DNA of 64,000 nt from Candidatus Nomurabacteria bacterium RIFCSPLOWO2_01_FULL_42_17 (GCA_001785985.1 MFVE01000008.1:8751-72750), one strand, 5' to 3'; positions 55,602 through 63,795 are shown, counted from the first letter of the stretch. Translations and numbers: made by a program. Notes: generated by a model not told the origin, from the letters alone.

Positions 55602-57308
55602 TTAATAAACCTCTTGCTGATAGCATTTTTCACAATAAATTATTGGGGAATATTTTTCATCATAAACTGTTTCGACTTCGGTCTCGCATTTTGAACATTG
55701 ACGTTTAATGGTGCAAAGCGGCGGACGTTTTTGCAAACGACGAGTATGTCTGACATCAAAACAAACTCGCGGAAGTGGCAAATCCATTCTGCGATAAAAA
55801 GAAAGTTCGTTAGAAGTAATACGAAAAGCTCCCGTAGAATACGGCTGATCTTTTTCGGCGCACTCAATAATTTCATTCAAAATAGAATCATCGACTTCTG
55901 CTATTGTTTCCGGTAAATCAGAACTTTTGATGGTGGTCGTATAATTTTTCTTTTCTTTCTCTTTCCAGCTGTATCCCCTTTTCAGCGCTTCCGTCTTAGA
56001 AAGTGGATAAAAATCTATCGCCGCAGTTTCATTATAGGCAAACGAAGACAAATCGGCAGGGAAAAACTCTCCATATCCATAGGATTTTCCTGTTTTATCT
56101 ACATATGGCATATCCTGCATATGCTTGATGATTTTTGGCAACAATACCTCATATTCTTCCTTCGTATATTTTTTATTTAAAATAGAATACTCGCCCTTCT
56201 TCAAACCTATGCATCCAAAGCAGTATCTAGAACTTGGACAAGAATCACAGTAGTATAGATCATGGGCGCCAGTCCAACATTGTGAACAGAAAAAAATTCT
56301 TGAATCGTTTATGCCACAATTTGCTGATTCATAAATAAGTTCAGAAGAATCGCCCCACTGGAAATGATCCATGCAGTCCTGTTCGTTGAATGCGAAATAA
56401 ATATATTTGCAATCCTTTAAATTCATACAGCCGAAAGAATTTTTAACATTTTCACAATTAAGAAACCAATTACCCGAAACTTTATTTGATTTTAAAGACA
56501 TAATTGCTCTCTCTGGAAACTTCTTCCTAAATTCATTAAATTTAACATCCATCATGACAATACCTGAATCAGTATTCAATTCAAACTCTTTGAGTTTTTC
56601 AAAATATTCTTCTTTGGTGTATTGCTTATTGAAAATACAAAATTGTTTATTAACCAAATTAACACAGCCAATGCAGTCAGAGCAATTTCGACAAGCGTAT
56701 AAAAATATAGAATCACGACACTCAGCGCATTCTTGAGAAAATCTGGTTTTATAACATTTATTGCAATCTATACATTCGTAGCATAGCTCGCAATGGTTCA
56801 CGTTAAAACAATCTACACAATTTTTCACATTTCGAGCCGTATAAGTATATAGCGAATCTTCACAATCCGAAGCTCGGAAAACCATATAACAATTCTTTAA
56901 ATCGTGCACTCTATGTGTGTATTCACTATTGATAGAAAAACCCTGGCGGACAAGTGCCATGCGCGGAACTTTATTAAATAATTCTTGAAATTGTGAAAAA
57001 AATGGCCGAGAAAAATCGTATTCTTGGCCATATTGATACGGATCCCATTCATCAGAGTAAAATTCTTTGGTTTCGTAGACCGGAAAAGGCGCTTCGGGTG
57101 GATACATACTAAAAATATCTTGCCCGCTCAAGTCAGACTTTCTTTTGTAAAATACTCGCTCATTGGCACCCACCATGCGTCGCACTGACCGGCACTCTGG
57201 ACAAAAAGTTGGTGGCGGGACTTTTATTTTTTCATAAAAAGAAAAATCATCCAGTTCGATGGTGAAATCTTTTTTACAATTTTGACAATTTTTTGTTTCG
57301 TTTTGCAT
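55602..57308 (-). CDS. Cys-rich protein with duplicated FYxK-x2-(V/L)P-x-P-x2-C-x2-CR zinc-ribbon modules at both ends and a central period-8 Cys-repeat region (copy B)
   Basis: 568 aa. N-terminus CQNCKKDF...FYEKIKVPPPTFCPECR. C-terminus FYRRMDLPLPRVCFDVR...CSKCETEVET...IIYCEKCYQQEVY. Central NCVDCFNVNHCELCYECIDCNKCY... and two YSILNK(K/Q)YTKEEYE blocks. Confidence 0.6.
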   Translation of the reverse strand: MQNETKNCQNCKKDFTIELDDFSFYEKIKVPPPTFCPECRSVRRMVGANERVFYKRKSDLSGQDIFSMYPPEAPFPVYETKEFYSDEWDPYQYGQEYDFSRPFFSQFQELFNKVPRMALVRQGFSINSEYTHRVHDLKNCYMVFRASDCEDSLYTYTARNVKNCVDCFNVNHCELCYECIDCNKCYKTRFSQECAECRDSIFLYACRNCSDCIGCVNLVNKQFCIFNKQYTKEEYFEKLKEFELNTDSGIVMMDVKFNEFRKKFPERAIMSLKSNKVSGNWFLNCENVKNSFGCMNLKDCKYIYFAFNEQDCMDHFQWGDSSELIYESANCGINDSRIFFCSQCWTGAHDLYYCDSCPSSRYCFGCIGLKKGEYSILNKKYTKEEYEVLLPKIIKHMQDMPYVDKTGKSYGYGEFFPADLSSFAYNETAAIDFYPLSKTEALKRGYSWKEKEKKNYTTTIKSSDLPETIAEVDDSILNEIIECAEKDQPYSTGAFRITSNELSFYRRMDLPLPRVCFDVRHTRRLQKRPPLCTIKRQCSKCETEVETVYDEKYSPIIYCEKCYQQEVY

Positions 57309-57340
57309 TCTATAATTCTATAGAATATTAGAATAGATTT

Positions 57341-57964
57341 TTATTCTCTATACTCATACACATTCACTCGCGCTGGGCGCATCACTCTATCGCCCAACTT
57401 GTAGCCTTTTTGAATTACACTTGAAACTGCATGATCGAGTTCCTTTTTATCGGTTGCCATCAATTCCATGGACTGATGAATGTTAGGATCAAACTTTTCC
57501 CCTACTTCGCCTATAGGTTTCACTCCATATTCTTCAAAAACTGTATTCATCTGTCCGTAGATATATTCCACACCGCGTCTCCAATTCTCATCCACTTTCT
57601 CCCATGCCTCACGGTTAGCGAAAGCCATATTGAAACTATCCACCACCGATAGAAAACGGGTCAAAATCCGCTCGCGCATTGATTCGGAAAACATCGCTTT
57701 GCGATCATCCTCGCCTTTTTTGTAATTGGCAAATTCCGCCCGCTCCTTCTGCCAGCCAGTAAGATATTCTTCCTTCTCCTTTTTGCACGCTTTCAAATCT
57801 TCCCTAAATTTCTTTAGAGTCTTTTTTAAATCTTCTTCCCCATCTTCATTGAATTCAAATTCCAAAACTTCAGAATCAGTTTCTGGAACTATATTTTCAG
57901 GATCTTTTTTAATTTCCCCGCCTGCATCGTTATGCGAAGCATTGCGGGCAGGTTCATCAGACAT
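57341..57964 (-). CDS. grpE: Nucleotide exchange factor GrpE
   Basis: 207 aa with the GrpE coiled-coil and beta-domain (DPNIHQSM, GYKLGDRVMRPARV). The N-terminal tail carries 40-bp element copy B, encoding EPARNASHNDAGG. Confidence 0.9.
   Translation of the reverse strand: MSDEPARNASHNDAGGEIKKDPENIVPETDSEVLEFEFNEDGEEDLKKTLKKFREDLKACKKEKEEYLTGWQKERAEFANYKKGEDDRKAMFSESMRERILTRFLSVVDSFNMAFANREAWEKVDENWRRGVEYIYGQMNTVFEEYGVKPIGEVGEKFDPNIHQSMELMATDKKELDHAVSSVIQKGYKLGDRVMRPARVNVYEYRE
57916..57953 (-). repeat. Copy B of the ~40-bp GC-rich hairpin element, sense-oriented in the grpE 5' end
   Basis: Plus strand CCCCGCCTGCATCGTTATGCGAAGCATTGCGGGCAGG. Inner GCGAAGC mini-hairpin. Confidence 0.65.
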
Positions 57965-57977
57965 AAATGCATTTTAG

Positions 57978-58006
57978 CACAAAAAATCCCCTTCGGAAAG
58001 GGGATT
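57978..58006 (-). terminator. Perfect 9-bp-stem hairpin (AATCCCCTT-CGGA-AAGGGGATT) with a T-run on the minus strand, ending 14 nt upstream of the grpE ATG. Terminator or 5'-UTR structure.
   Basis: Read directly. Its position is incompatible with a simple terminator followed by a promoter. Confidence 0.4.
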
Positions 58007-58111
58007 TTAATTAACGTTTGCGGCCACAACTCTCATCCTCGCCGTCGCTCGGACTCGGTCGCAGCCCCCGCCTCGCTTTTACTCACTGCTGTTCGTAATA
58101 GAGCTCCGGCC

Positions 58112-58136
58112 GAGCAAGCGGAAAGAAAAAGCCGGC
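58112..58136 (-). terminator. Intrinsic terminator downstream of rpsI (GCCGGC-GCAG-GCCGGC + TTTTT on the minus strand)
   Basis: 6-bp GC stem followed by five T on the minus strand. Confidence 0.6.
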
Positions 58137-58152
58137 GCAGGCCGGCTGTTTT

Positions 58153-58572
58153 CTAACGCTTGCTCCATTGTGGCGCCTTTCGAGCTTTTTTGAGACCGAA
58201 TTTACGGCGTTCTTTGGCTCTCGGATCGCGTTTTAGAAAACCTAGAGTTTTCAGACCTCCACGTAATTCTGAATCTGTTGATACAAGAGCGCGGGAAAGA
58301 CCATGGCGAATCGCTTCTGCTTGACTGTGAACCCCTCCACCTGAGACATGGACTTCCACACCCCATTTCTTCGTAGAGCCGGTCGGTAATCCTTTTATCA
58401 TTGGATCTAAAATCAAACGACGCTCCCCTTCTGTTTTAAAATATTCTTTAGCATCTTTGCCGTTTACAACAAAACTTGCCTTTGCAGATTCAGAAATGCG
58501 TACTCGCGCAGTAGAAGTTTTGCGTCTTCCTACTGCTTCTATATATTCACCTGTTTTTGTTTCTTTATCCAT
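58153..58572 (-). CDS. rpsI: 30S ribosomal protein S9
   Basis: 139 aa. GRRKTSTARV and C-terminal ...KRKAPQWSKR. Confidence 0.92.
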   Translation of the reverse strand: MDKETKTGEYIEAVGRRKTSTARVRISESAKASFVVNGKDAKEYFKTEGERRLILDPMIKGLPTGSTKKWGVEVHVSGGGVHSQAEAIRHGLSRALVSTDSELRGGLKTLGFLKRDPRAKERRKFGLKKARKAPQWSKR

Positions 58573-58582
58573 ATTGCTGATC

Positions 58583-58954
58583 TTAATCAGTTATTGTTAA
58601 ATGCTTCATCATTGTCCTGCGCAATTTGTTTGCTGGCAACATCTGCTCAGTGGCCAGCCTGATCAATTCTTTCAATCCTTTTTTCTCGGCTGTTTCGGTA
58701 CCTTTCAAAATACGCAATCCTCCGGGAATACCAGAATATCTGGTATGATAAATACTTTCCAATTTTTTTGCGGTAATGCTAAGCTTGGAAGCATTCACAA
58801 CTTTTACCGGAAACCCAGAATATTTGTTGCGCTCAAAACTAGGCGAGGTCTTGCCCATGAGAGACATAGCCACCTCGCTCGCCACTCGGCCCAAGGTTCT
58901 ACCACTCGCATCTATTGTTTTCTTTTCTTTAATTTTTTTGTTTTCTTTTTTCAT
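58583..58954 (-). CDS. rplM: 50S ribosomal protein L13
   Basis: 123 aa. GRTLGRVASEVA...YSGIPGG pattern. Confidence 0.92.
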   Translation of the reverse strand: MKKENKKIKEKKTIDASGRTLGRVASEVAMSLMGKTSPSFERNKYSGFPVKVVNASKLSITAKKLESIYHTRYSGIPGGLRILKGTETAEKKGLKELIRLATEQMLPANKLRRTMMKHLTITD

Positions 58955-58997
58955 ATTTTTTATTTCCTAAGCTACAAGCTAACCAGCTACAAGCTGT

Positions 58998-59351
58998 TTA
59001 TACAAATTCTATTATTGCCATTTTCGCGCCATCCGACTTTCTCGCCCCTAATTTCAAGACTCGGGTATACCCTCCTTTTCTGTCTGTATATTTCGGCGCG
59101 ATCACATCAAAAAGCTTTTTAACTTCGGGTTTGCGATTGAAAAGTGAAGAAATTACGATTCGACGAGTTGCTGCATCGCCCTTTTTTGCGCTGGTAACCA
59201 ACTTCTCGATAAAAGGTCGCAATTCTTTCGCCTTTGGTTCTGTAGTCCTGATTTTTCCGCGCACGATCAAATTGAGCGCCAAAGAATTTATCAAGGCCTT
59301 CCTGACTTTCCTAACTCTGCCGAATTTTCGTTTGTTATTGCCGTGTCTCAT
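58998..59351 (-). CDS. rplQ: 50S ribosomal protein L17
   Basis: 117 aa. MRHGNNKRKFGR...TTEPKAKELRP. Confidence 0.92.
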   Translation of the reverse strand: MRHGNNKRKFGRVRKVRKALINSLALNLIVRGKIRTTEPKAKELRPFIEKLVTSAKKGDAATRRIVISSLFNRKPEVKKLFDVIAPKYTDRKGGYTRVLKLGARKSDGAKMAIIEFV

Positions 59352-59352
59352 A

Positions 59353-60339
59353 TTAATCTTTTAAATTCAAGCCGAATTTGCCAAGCACTTTTTTAATCTC
59401 CGAAATTCCTTTTTCTCCAATGCCTTCGACTTCCAAGAGATCCTCTCTCTTCTTTCGAGCGAGCCCGCCTAGAGTGCGGATATTTGCCCCCACCAAAGCG
59501 TTTAGCGTCCTGGTAGAGAGCTCCAAACTGTCAGTCCTAGTCTTCAAGACATCGGCAAAGACTTCACTTTTTTTCGCATCGCCGCCCTCTTCCTTCTCTT
59601 TCGAGGCATTTGCAGTCGTGGCTCCGGTTCCTCCCTCTGTTGGAGCTGGTTCTTTGAAGTCAACGATGGCCTTTAATTGATTGATCATGATAATTATAGA
59701 CTGTGAAAGAGCTTCGCGAGCCGAGAGTGTGCCGTCTGTCTCGATGGAGATTCTTAAACGATTGTGGTTAGTCTTGTCGCCCACACGCATATTTTCAACT
59801 TCATAAGAGACTCGACGAATTGGGGTAAAAATAGCGTCGACAGCGATAGTGCCGACATCCACTTTTTCTTTCTGGAAAACTTCCTTAGAAATAAATCCTA
59901 GCCCCTTCTCTATTTTCATTTCGATATTTAAATTGATTTTTCCGGTAACCTCCACGATATGAAGTTCTGGATTTAAAATCTCTACTTGTCCGCCCGTTTT
60001 TATATCTCCTGCCGTCACTGCCTTTGGGCCTTTGATCGAGAGGGTGACTGTCTGAGGTTCGTCAGAAAGCATTTTGAAACGAGTCTTTTTTAAATTTAAA
60101 ATCATTACAATTACATCTTCTTTGATGCCATCGAGTGTCTGAAACTCGTGGCTGACGCCCTCGATCTTGATCGATGTGACACTGGCGCCAGGAAGTGAAG
60201 AGAGAATAATCCTGCGAAGACTGTTTCCGAGAGTATGACCATACCCCGGATAGAGACCATCTATCTCAAACACTCCTTTATTTCCCTCTTCCACTACGAC
60301 ACGAGGCTTTGAAGGCATAATTATTTTGTATTCGGACAT
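59353..60339 (-). CDS. rpoA: DNA-directed RNA polymerase subunit alpha
   Basis: 328 aa with an alpha-NTD (GYGHTLGN) and alpha-CTD HhH. Confidence 0.92.
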   Translation of the reverse strand: MSEYKIIMPSKPRVVVEEGNKGVFEIDGLYPGYGHTLGNSLRRIILSSLPGASVTSIKIEGVSHEFQTLDGIKEDVIVMILNLKKTRFKMLSDEPQTVTLSIKGPKAVTAGDIKTGGQVEILNPELHIVEVTGKINLNIEMKIEKGLGFISKEVFQKEKVDVGTIAVDAIFTPIRRVSYEVENMRVGDKTNHNRLRISIETDGTLSAREALSQSIIIMINQLKAIVDFKEPAPTEGGTGATTANASKEKEEGGDAKKSEVFADVLKTRTDSLELSTRTLNALVGANIRTLGGLARKKREDLLEVEGIGEKGISEIKKVLGKFGLNLKD

Positions 60340-60395
60340 AATTTTAAAAAGTTAGCTTTTAATTTTTCCACCTTTGGCGGAAATAATATTAATAA

Positions 60396-60998
60396 TTATC
60401 TACTATAAAATTCCAACACGGCATTCAGGTCAATAAAGCTTTCTGTATTTTTTGGCTTATCCAAAACTTTACCCTCCATACTGCCGACATCAAAACTAAG
60501 CCAAGCTGGAGGATTGTAATCTTTTATTTTTTCGGCTATGTTACTAAAAATTTTCTTTGCTTTCGACCCTTCGCGTATTTTTATAACATCTCCGGACTTC
60601 AACCCATAGGACGGAATGGTAACTCTCTTGTCATTCACAATAAAATGTCCGTGGGAAACCATTTGCCTAGTAGAACGGCGAGAACTTCCTAGGCCCATTC
60701 GGTAAACTGCATTGTCTAGGCGAGACTCAAGTTCTTCAAAAAGCGTCGTCGCTGTGCCAGAGCCCCTGCTACTAATAGCCTTCTTGACATAGTTTGAGAG
60801 CTGGCGTTCGGTGATGCCGTAAGAAAAGCGTATTTTTTGTTTTTCGATCAGCTGCGCTCCATATTCCGAAGGAGCCTTTGGACGACGCGCATTTGGAGAC
60901 ATCGAAGCAGAGGCAGCTGAAAATTTAGCAGTCTGACATTTGTCGTATACCCCGGGGCCTAATCTTCGGCAAATTTTAAATTTTGGTTTACTTATCAT
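60396..60998 (-). CDS. rpsD: 30S ribosomal protein S4
   Basis: 200 aa with an S4 domain. Confidence 0.92.
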   Translation of the reverse strand: MISKPKFKICRRLGPGVYDKCQTAKFSAASASMSPNARRPKAPSEYGAQLIEKQKIRFSYGITERQLSNYVKKAISSRGSGTATTLFEELESRLDNAVYRMGLGSSRRSTRQMVSHGHFIVNDKRVTIPSYGLKSGDVIKIREGSKAKKIFSNIAEKIKDYNPPAWLSFDVGSMEGKVLDKPKNTESFIDLNAVLEFYSR

Positions 60999-61043
60999 TG
61001 ATTTAGTTGAAAGTTATAAAGTTCATAAAGTTAAAAGTGCAAA

Positions 61044-61481
61044 TTAAACCCTGCGAGGTTTTTTTGCTTTCGGTCCGTTGTGAGGCACTGGCGTACTGTC
61101 GGAGATAGAAGTGATCTCAATCCCATGCGCCATGAATGCTCGAATTGCGGGCTCCCGACCAGACCCGACTCCTAAAACCATCACATCCGCATCTTTTACT
61201 CCTAGAATTGCTGCTTTGCTCCCGATCACATCCCCTACCTTCGAAGCCGCAAAAGGAGTTCCCTTTTTTGCCCCTCTAAAACCCAGAGACCCGGCACTGG
61301 ACCAAAACAATGTATTGCCTGCCTTGTCTGCAAAAAGCACTTTGGTATTATTGAAAGTAGCTTCAATCGAAAGAATCCCGGAAATCACTTTCTTTTTGGG
61401 TGTCTTAGGCACAACAACTTTCTTCTCTGCTTCTGTTGTTGCCTCTTCTTTTTTTATTTCTGTTGTTTTTTCTTTTGCCAT
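61044..61481 (-). CDS. rpsK: 30S ribosomal protein S11
   Basis: 145 aa. Lys/Glu-rich N-terminal extension and the GSGREPAIRA signature. Confidence 0.92.
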   Translation of the reverse strand: MAKEKTTEIKKEEATTEAEKKVVVPKTPKKKVISGILSIEATFNNTKVLFADKAGNTLFWSSAGSLGFRGAKKGTPFAASKVGDVIGSKAAILGVKDADVMVLGVGSGREPAIRAFMAHGIEITSISDSTPVPHNGPKAKKPRRV

Positions 61482-61522
61482 GTCAACTTTTCACTTTATG
61501 AACTTTATAACTTTAAACTCAT

Positions 61523-61903
61523 CTACGTCTTTGTCTCTTTTCTCTTACCTGATGCCATCGTCTTTCGGACATTGCCCCGAACGGTTCTGGAATTTGTCTT
61601 GGTTCTCTGGCCTCTGACTGGCAATCTCTTCATGTGGCGAATCCCTCGGTAACTTTTAATATCTTTCAATCTTTTAATATTGGCAGATATTTCCCTTTTT
61701 AAATTTCCCTCTATTAAAACACTTTCGATAACCACGCGAATTTTATTCTCTTCATCCAAAGATAGATCTTTCGCTTTTTTGCCGCGATCGATCCCCACCT
61801 GATCTAAAATTTTACGCGCTTTTGGAATGCCAATGCCATAGAGGCAAGTCAAGCCAATCTCAAGTCTCTTTTCATTTGGTACTGTGATTCCTAAAATTCT
61901 CAT
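61523..61903 (-). CDS. rpsM: 30S ribosomal protein S13
   Basis: 126 aa. MRILGITVP...LTCLYGIG. Confidence 0.92.
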   Translation of the reverse strand: MRILGITVPNEKRLEIGLTCLYGIGIPKARKILDQVGIDRGKKAKDLSLDEENKIRVVIESVLIEGNLKREISANIKRLKDIKSYRGIRHMKRLPVRGQRTKTNSRTVRGNVRKTMASGKRKETKT

Positions 61904-61911
61904 ATTTCTGA

Positions 61912-62022
61912 TTATTGCTTTTGTTTATGCTTTGGATTAGAGCAAGTGATCCGCAGGTGCCGCTCGCGTCTGACCATTTTACAATTATCACAGATTTTTT
62001 TTACTGCTGATCTAATTTTCAT
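61912..62022 (-). CDS. rpmJ: 50S ribosomal protein L36 (36 aa, below the ORF-track cutoff)
   Basis: Hand translation of the minus strand gives [36 protein letters not shown], with the C-x2-C-x12-C-x4-H zinc ribbon. The position between rpsM and infA is canonical. Confidence 0.85.
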   Translation of the reverse strand: MKIRSAVKKICDNCKMVRRERHLRITCSNPKHKQKQ

Positions 62023-62176
62023 AAAATATTTCAAAAATAACTTAAGAATAACTAAAAAAAGAAAAACAAGGAAAAAACCCTTATTTTTCAATCTATTTTC
62101 TTTTTAAAACCGCAGTTAAACGGTAGTCAATATGATACACTATTCCGTAAAAAATTACAAGCCAAATTGACTAAAG

Positions 62177-62452
62177 CTACAACCTTTTGATTATTCTTCC
62201 TTTTCCTCCATAAGAATCAAGCACGACTTCGACCGCATCTCCGATCAAGACCTTGATCCTATGCATACGCATTTTCCCTGAAAGGTAAGCTAAAATTTCC
62301 TGCTCAGTATCTATTTCATTTTTGTCGTCCCCGCCTGCAACGCTTTGCGTAGCATTGCGGGCAGGTATCTTCACTCTAAACAAGGTGCTGGGCAGAGCTT
62401 CGGTGACAATTCCTTTCACCACCGACAATTTTTCATTTTTTTGGTCACTCAT
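62177..62452 (-). CDS. infA: Translation initiation factor IF-1, carrying a roughly 20-aa insertion in the beta2-beta3 turn encoded by 40-bp element copy C
   Basis: 91 aa against the usual 72. The S1-like OB fold (LPSTLFRV...LSGKMR...IKVLIGDAVEVVLDSY) is interrupted by PARNATQSVAGGDDKNEIDTEQ. Confidence 0.88.
   Translation of the reverse strand: MSDQKNEKLSVVKGIVTEALPSTLFRVKIPARNATQSVAGGDDKNEIDTEQEILAYLSGKMRMHRIKVLIGDAVEVVLDSYGGKGRIIKRL
62329..62366 (-). repeat. Copy C of the ~40-bp GC-rich hairpin element, sense-oriented in infA
   Basis: Plus strand CCCCGCCTGCAACGCTTTGCGTAGCATTGCGGGCAGG. Inner GCGTAGC mini-hairpin. Confidence 0.65.
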
Positions 62453-62517
62453 GTATTGGTGTAACTATAATAAAATTATAAACTTGTGTCAAATTTAGAT
62501 CCGAAGAAAAATATAAA

Positions 62518-63795
62518 TTATTTGGGATAATTTATGATCAATTTTATGTCTTTGGTTTGCTCCGGCAGAGATATTTTCCAGAAAGGACTGATCGTCAAAT
62601 CAGCAGACTCAATATTGGGATATTGAGCTAATAACTGCCTGAAATCCTTTTTTGATTTACCCAAGAGGTCGGAGAGGAACTTGCCTTCATCCAACTTCCA
62701 GACTATTCTGGTAGCGCCCTTTAAATTAAAATTAATATTTTTCACATCTGCAAATGAAGCATTGTCTTTACCTAGGAGAGCAAAAGACAGATCTCTGATA
62801 TTTGATATGTATACGGGACTGCCATCGAAATCCTTGATTTTATTTTCCGCAATTTTTTTCGTTAACTTACCCTCATCAAAGAGCAAACCATAGAGGGTGC
62901 CTTTCACTTTAATCGGAAACTTTCCATCCTCGGAAGGCAAGGAGGGGGCAGGAAGATCGAGCTCATCCTCTTCTATATCGAGATAAGTCGAGCCTTTGAA
63001 TAAAATAAGTCCGCTTGGAATCTGGCTAGTGGCTTTTTGGAAAAGCCGGAACTGAAGAATATTTTTTAGGTCATTCCGAGCAATTTTCTTCTCTTCATCG
63101 GAGATAACAGGCGTCTTGCCTTTGAATCCACCAGCAATAGGACCCTTCGATCTGGCATAAAACTTAGAATATTTAGGGGTCCCTTTAAACCCAAAAATCG
63201 TGAAGTCGAGCGGATCACTATTATATTCGGCGCCAGCATTTGCTCCATAGATGCCTACCTCGACGGAACCGGGAACATTGCCTTGCATGCCGGGCACGAC
63301 TACTTGCCTCTCGGTTTTATAAATTTTGCCATTTGAACCTTCGAGTCTGGTATCTATATCCAATCGCTGGGTCTTTGAACTGAAAGCATTGTAGATCAAG
63401 ACTCTACCCCGAGCGCTCAAAGAAACGTCTTTTTGCCCCGTCGCCTGCACTATTTTCTCCTCTTCTCCTGGAATCGCAATCAGATGAAAAGGCAGAGCAT
63501 CCGTCGTGACGGCATCCAGACTCGCAGATAAATCCTGATTCAAAGTTACGGCCTGCACTTTTGGATTGACTTTAACCACTACTTTTAAAAACATAAAAGA
63601 AAGCGCGAAGAGAAAAAAAATGATAGAGATGATAGCTACACCCCAGAGCATATATCTGTGCCTGTCCTTGGGAGCAGAATGAGCAGGTGGATTTGGCTCT
63701 TTTGGGATAGGGTCTGAAGTAAAACCCGCAGACTTATTCGGCCTTATTCTTTGGCGTTTTACTTTTACCATATCTTGAAATAAATTTTTGGGCAT
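62518..63795 (-). CDS. Hypothetical N-terminally membrane-anchored protein with a Pro-rich cytoplasmic head
   Basis: 425 aa. One TM helix after about 50 residues, then a large extracytoplasmic domain with no recognisable family. Confidence 0.45.
   Translation of the reverse strand: MPKNLFQDMVKVKRQRIRPNKSAGFTSDPIPKEPNPPAHSAPKDRHRYMLWGVAIISIIFFLFALSFMFLKVVVKVNPKVQAVTLNQDLSASLDAVTTDALPFHLIAIPGEEEKIVQATGQKDVSLSARGRVLIYNAFSSKTQRLDIDTRLEGSNGKIYKTERQVVVPGMQGNVPGSVEVGIYGANAGAEYNSDPLDFTIFGFKGTPKYSKFYARSKGPIAGGFKGKTPVISDEEKKIARNDLKNILQFRLFQKATSQIPSGLILFKGSTYLDIEEDELDLPAPSLPSEDGKFPIKVKGTLYGLLFDEGKLTKKIAENKIKDFDGSPVYISNIRDLSFALLGKDNASFADVKNINFNLKGATRIVWKLDEGKFLSDLLGKSKKDFRQLLAQYPNIESADLTISPFWKISLPEQTKDIKLIINYPK

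Noticed and set aside
58010-58120. SRP (4.5S) RNA or tRNA identity for the GC-rich block between grpE and rpsI
   Set aside because: No GNRA-capped helix 8 motif (GGAA...AGCAGCC) and no tRNA T-loop or anticodon architecture could be found by eye. It is kept only as an unclassified candidate sRNA or leader.
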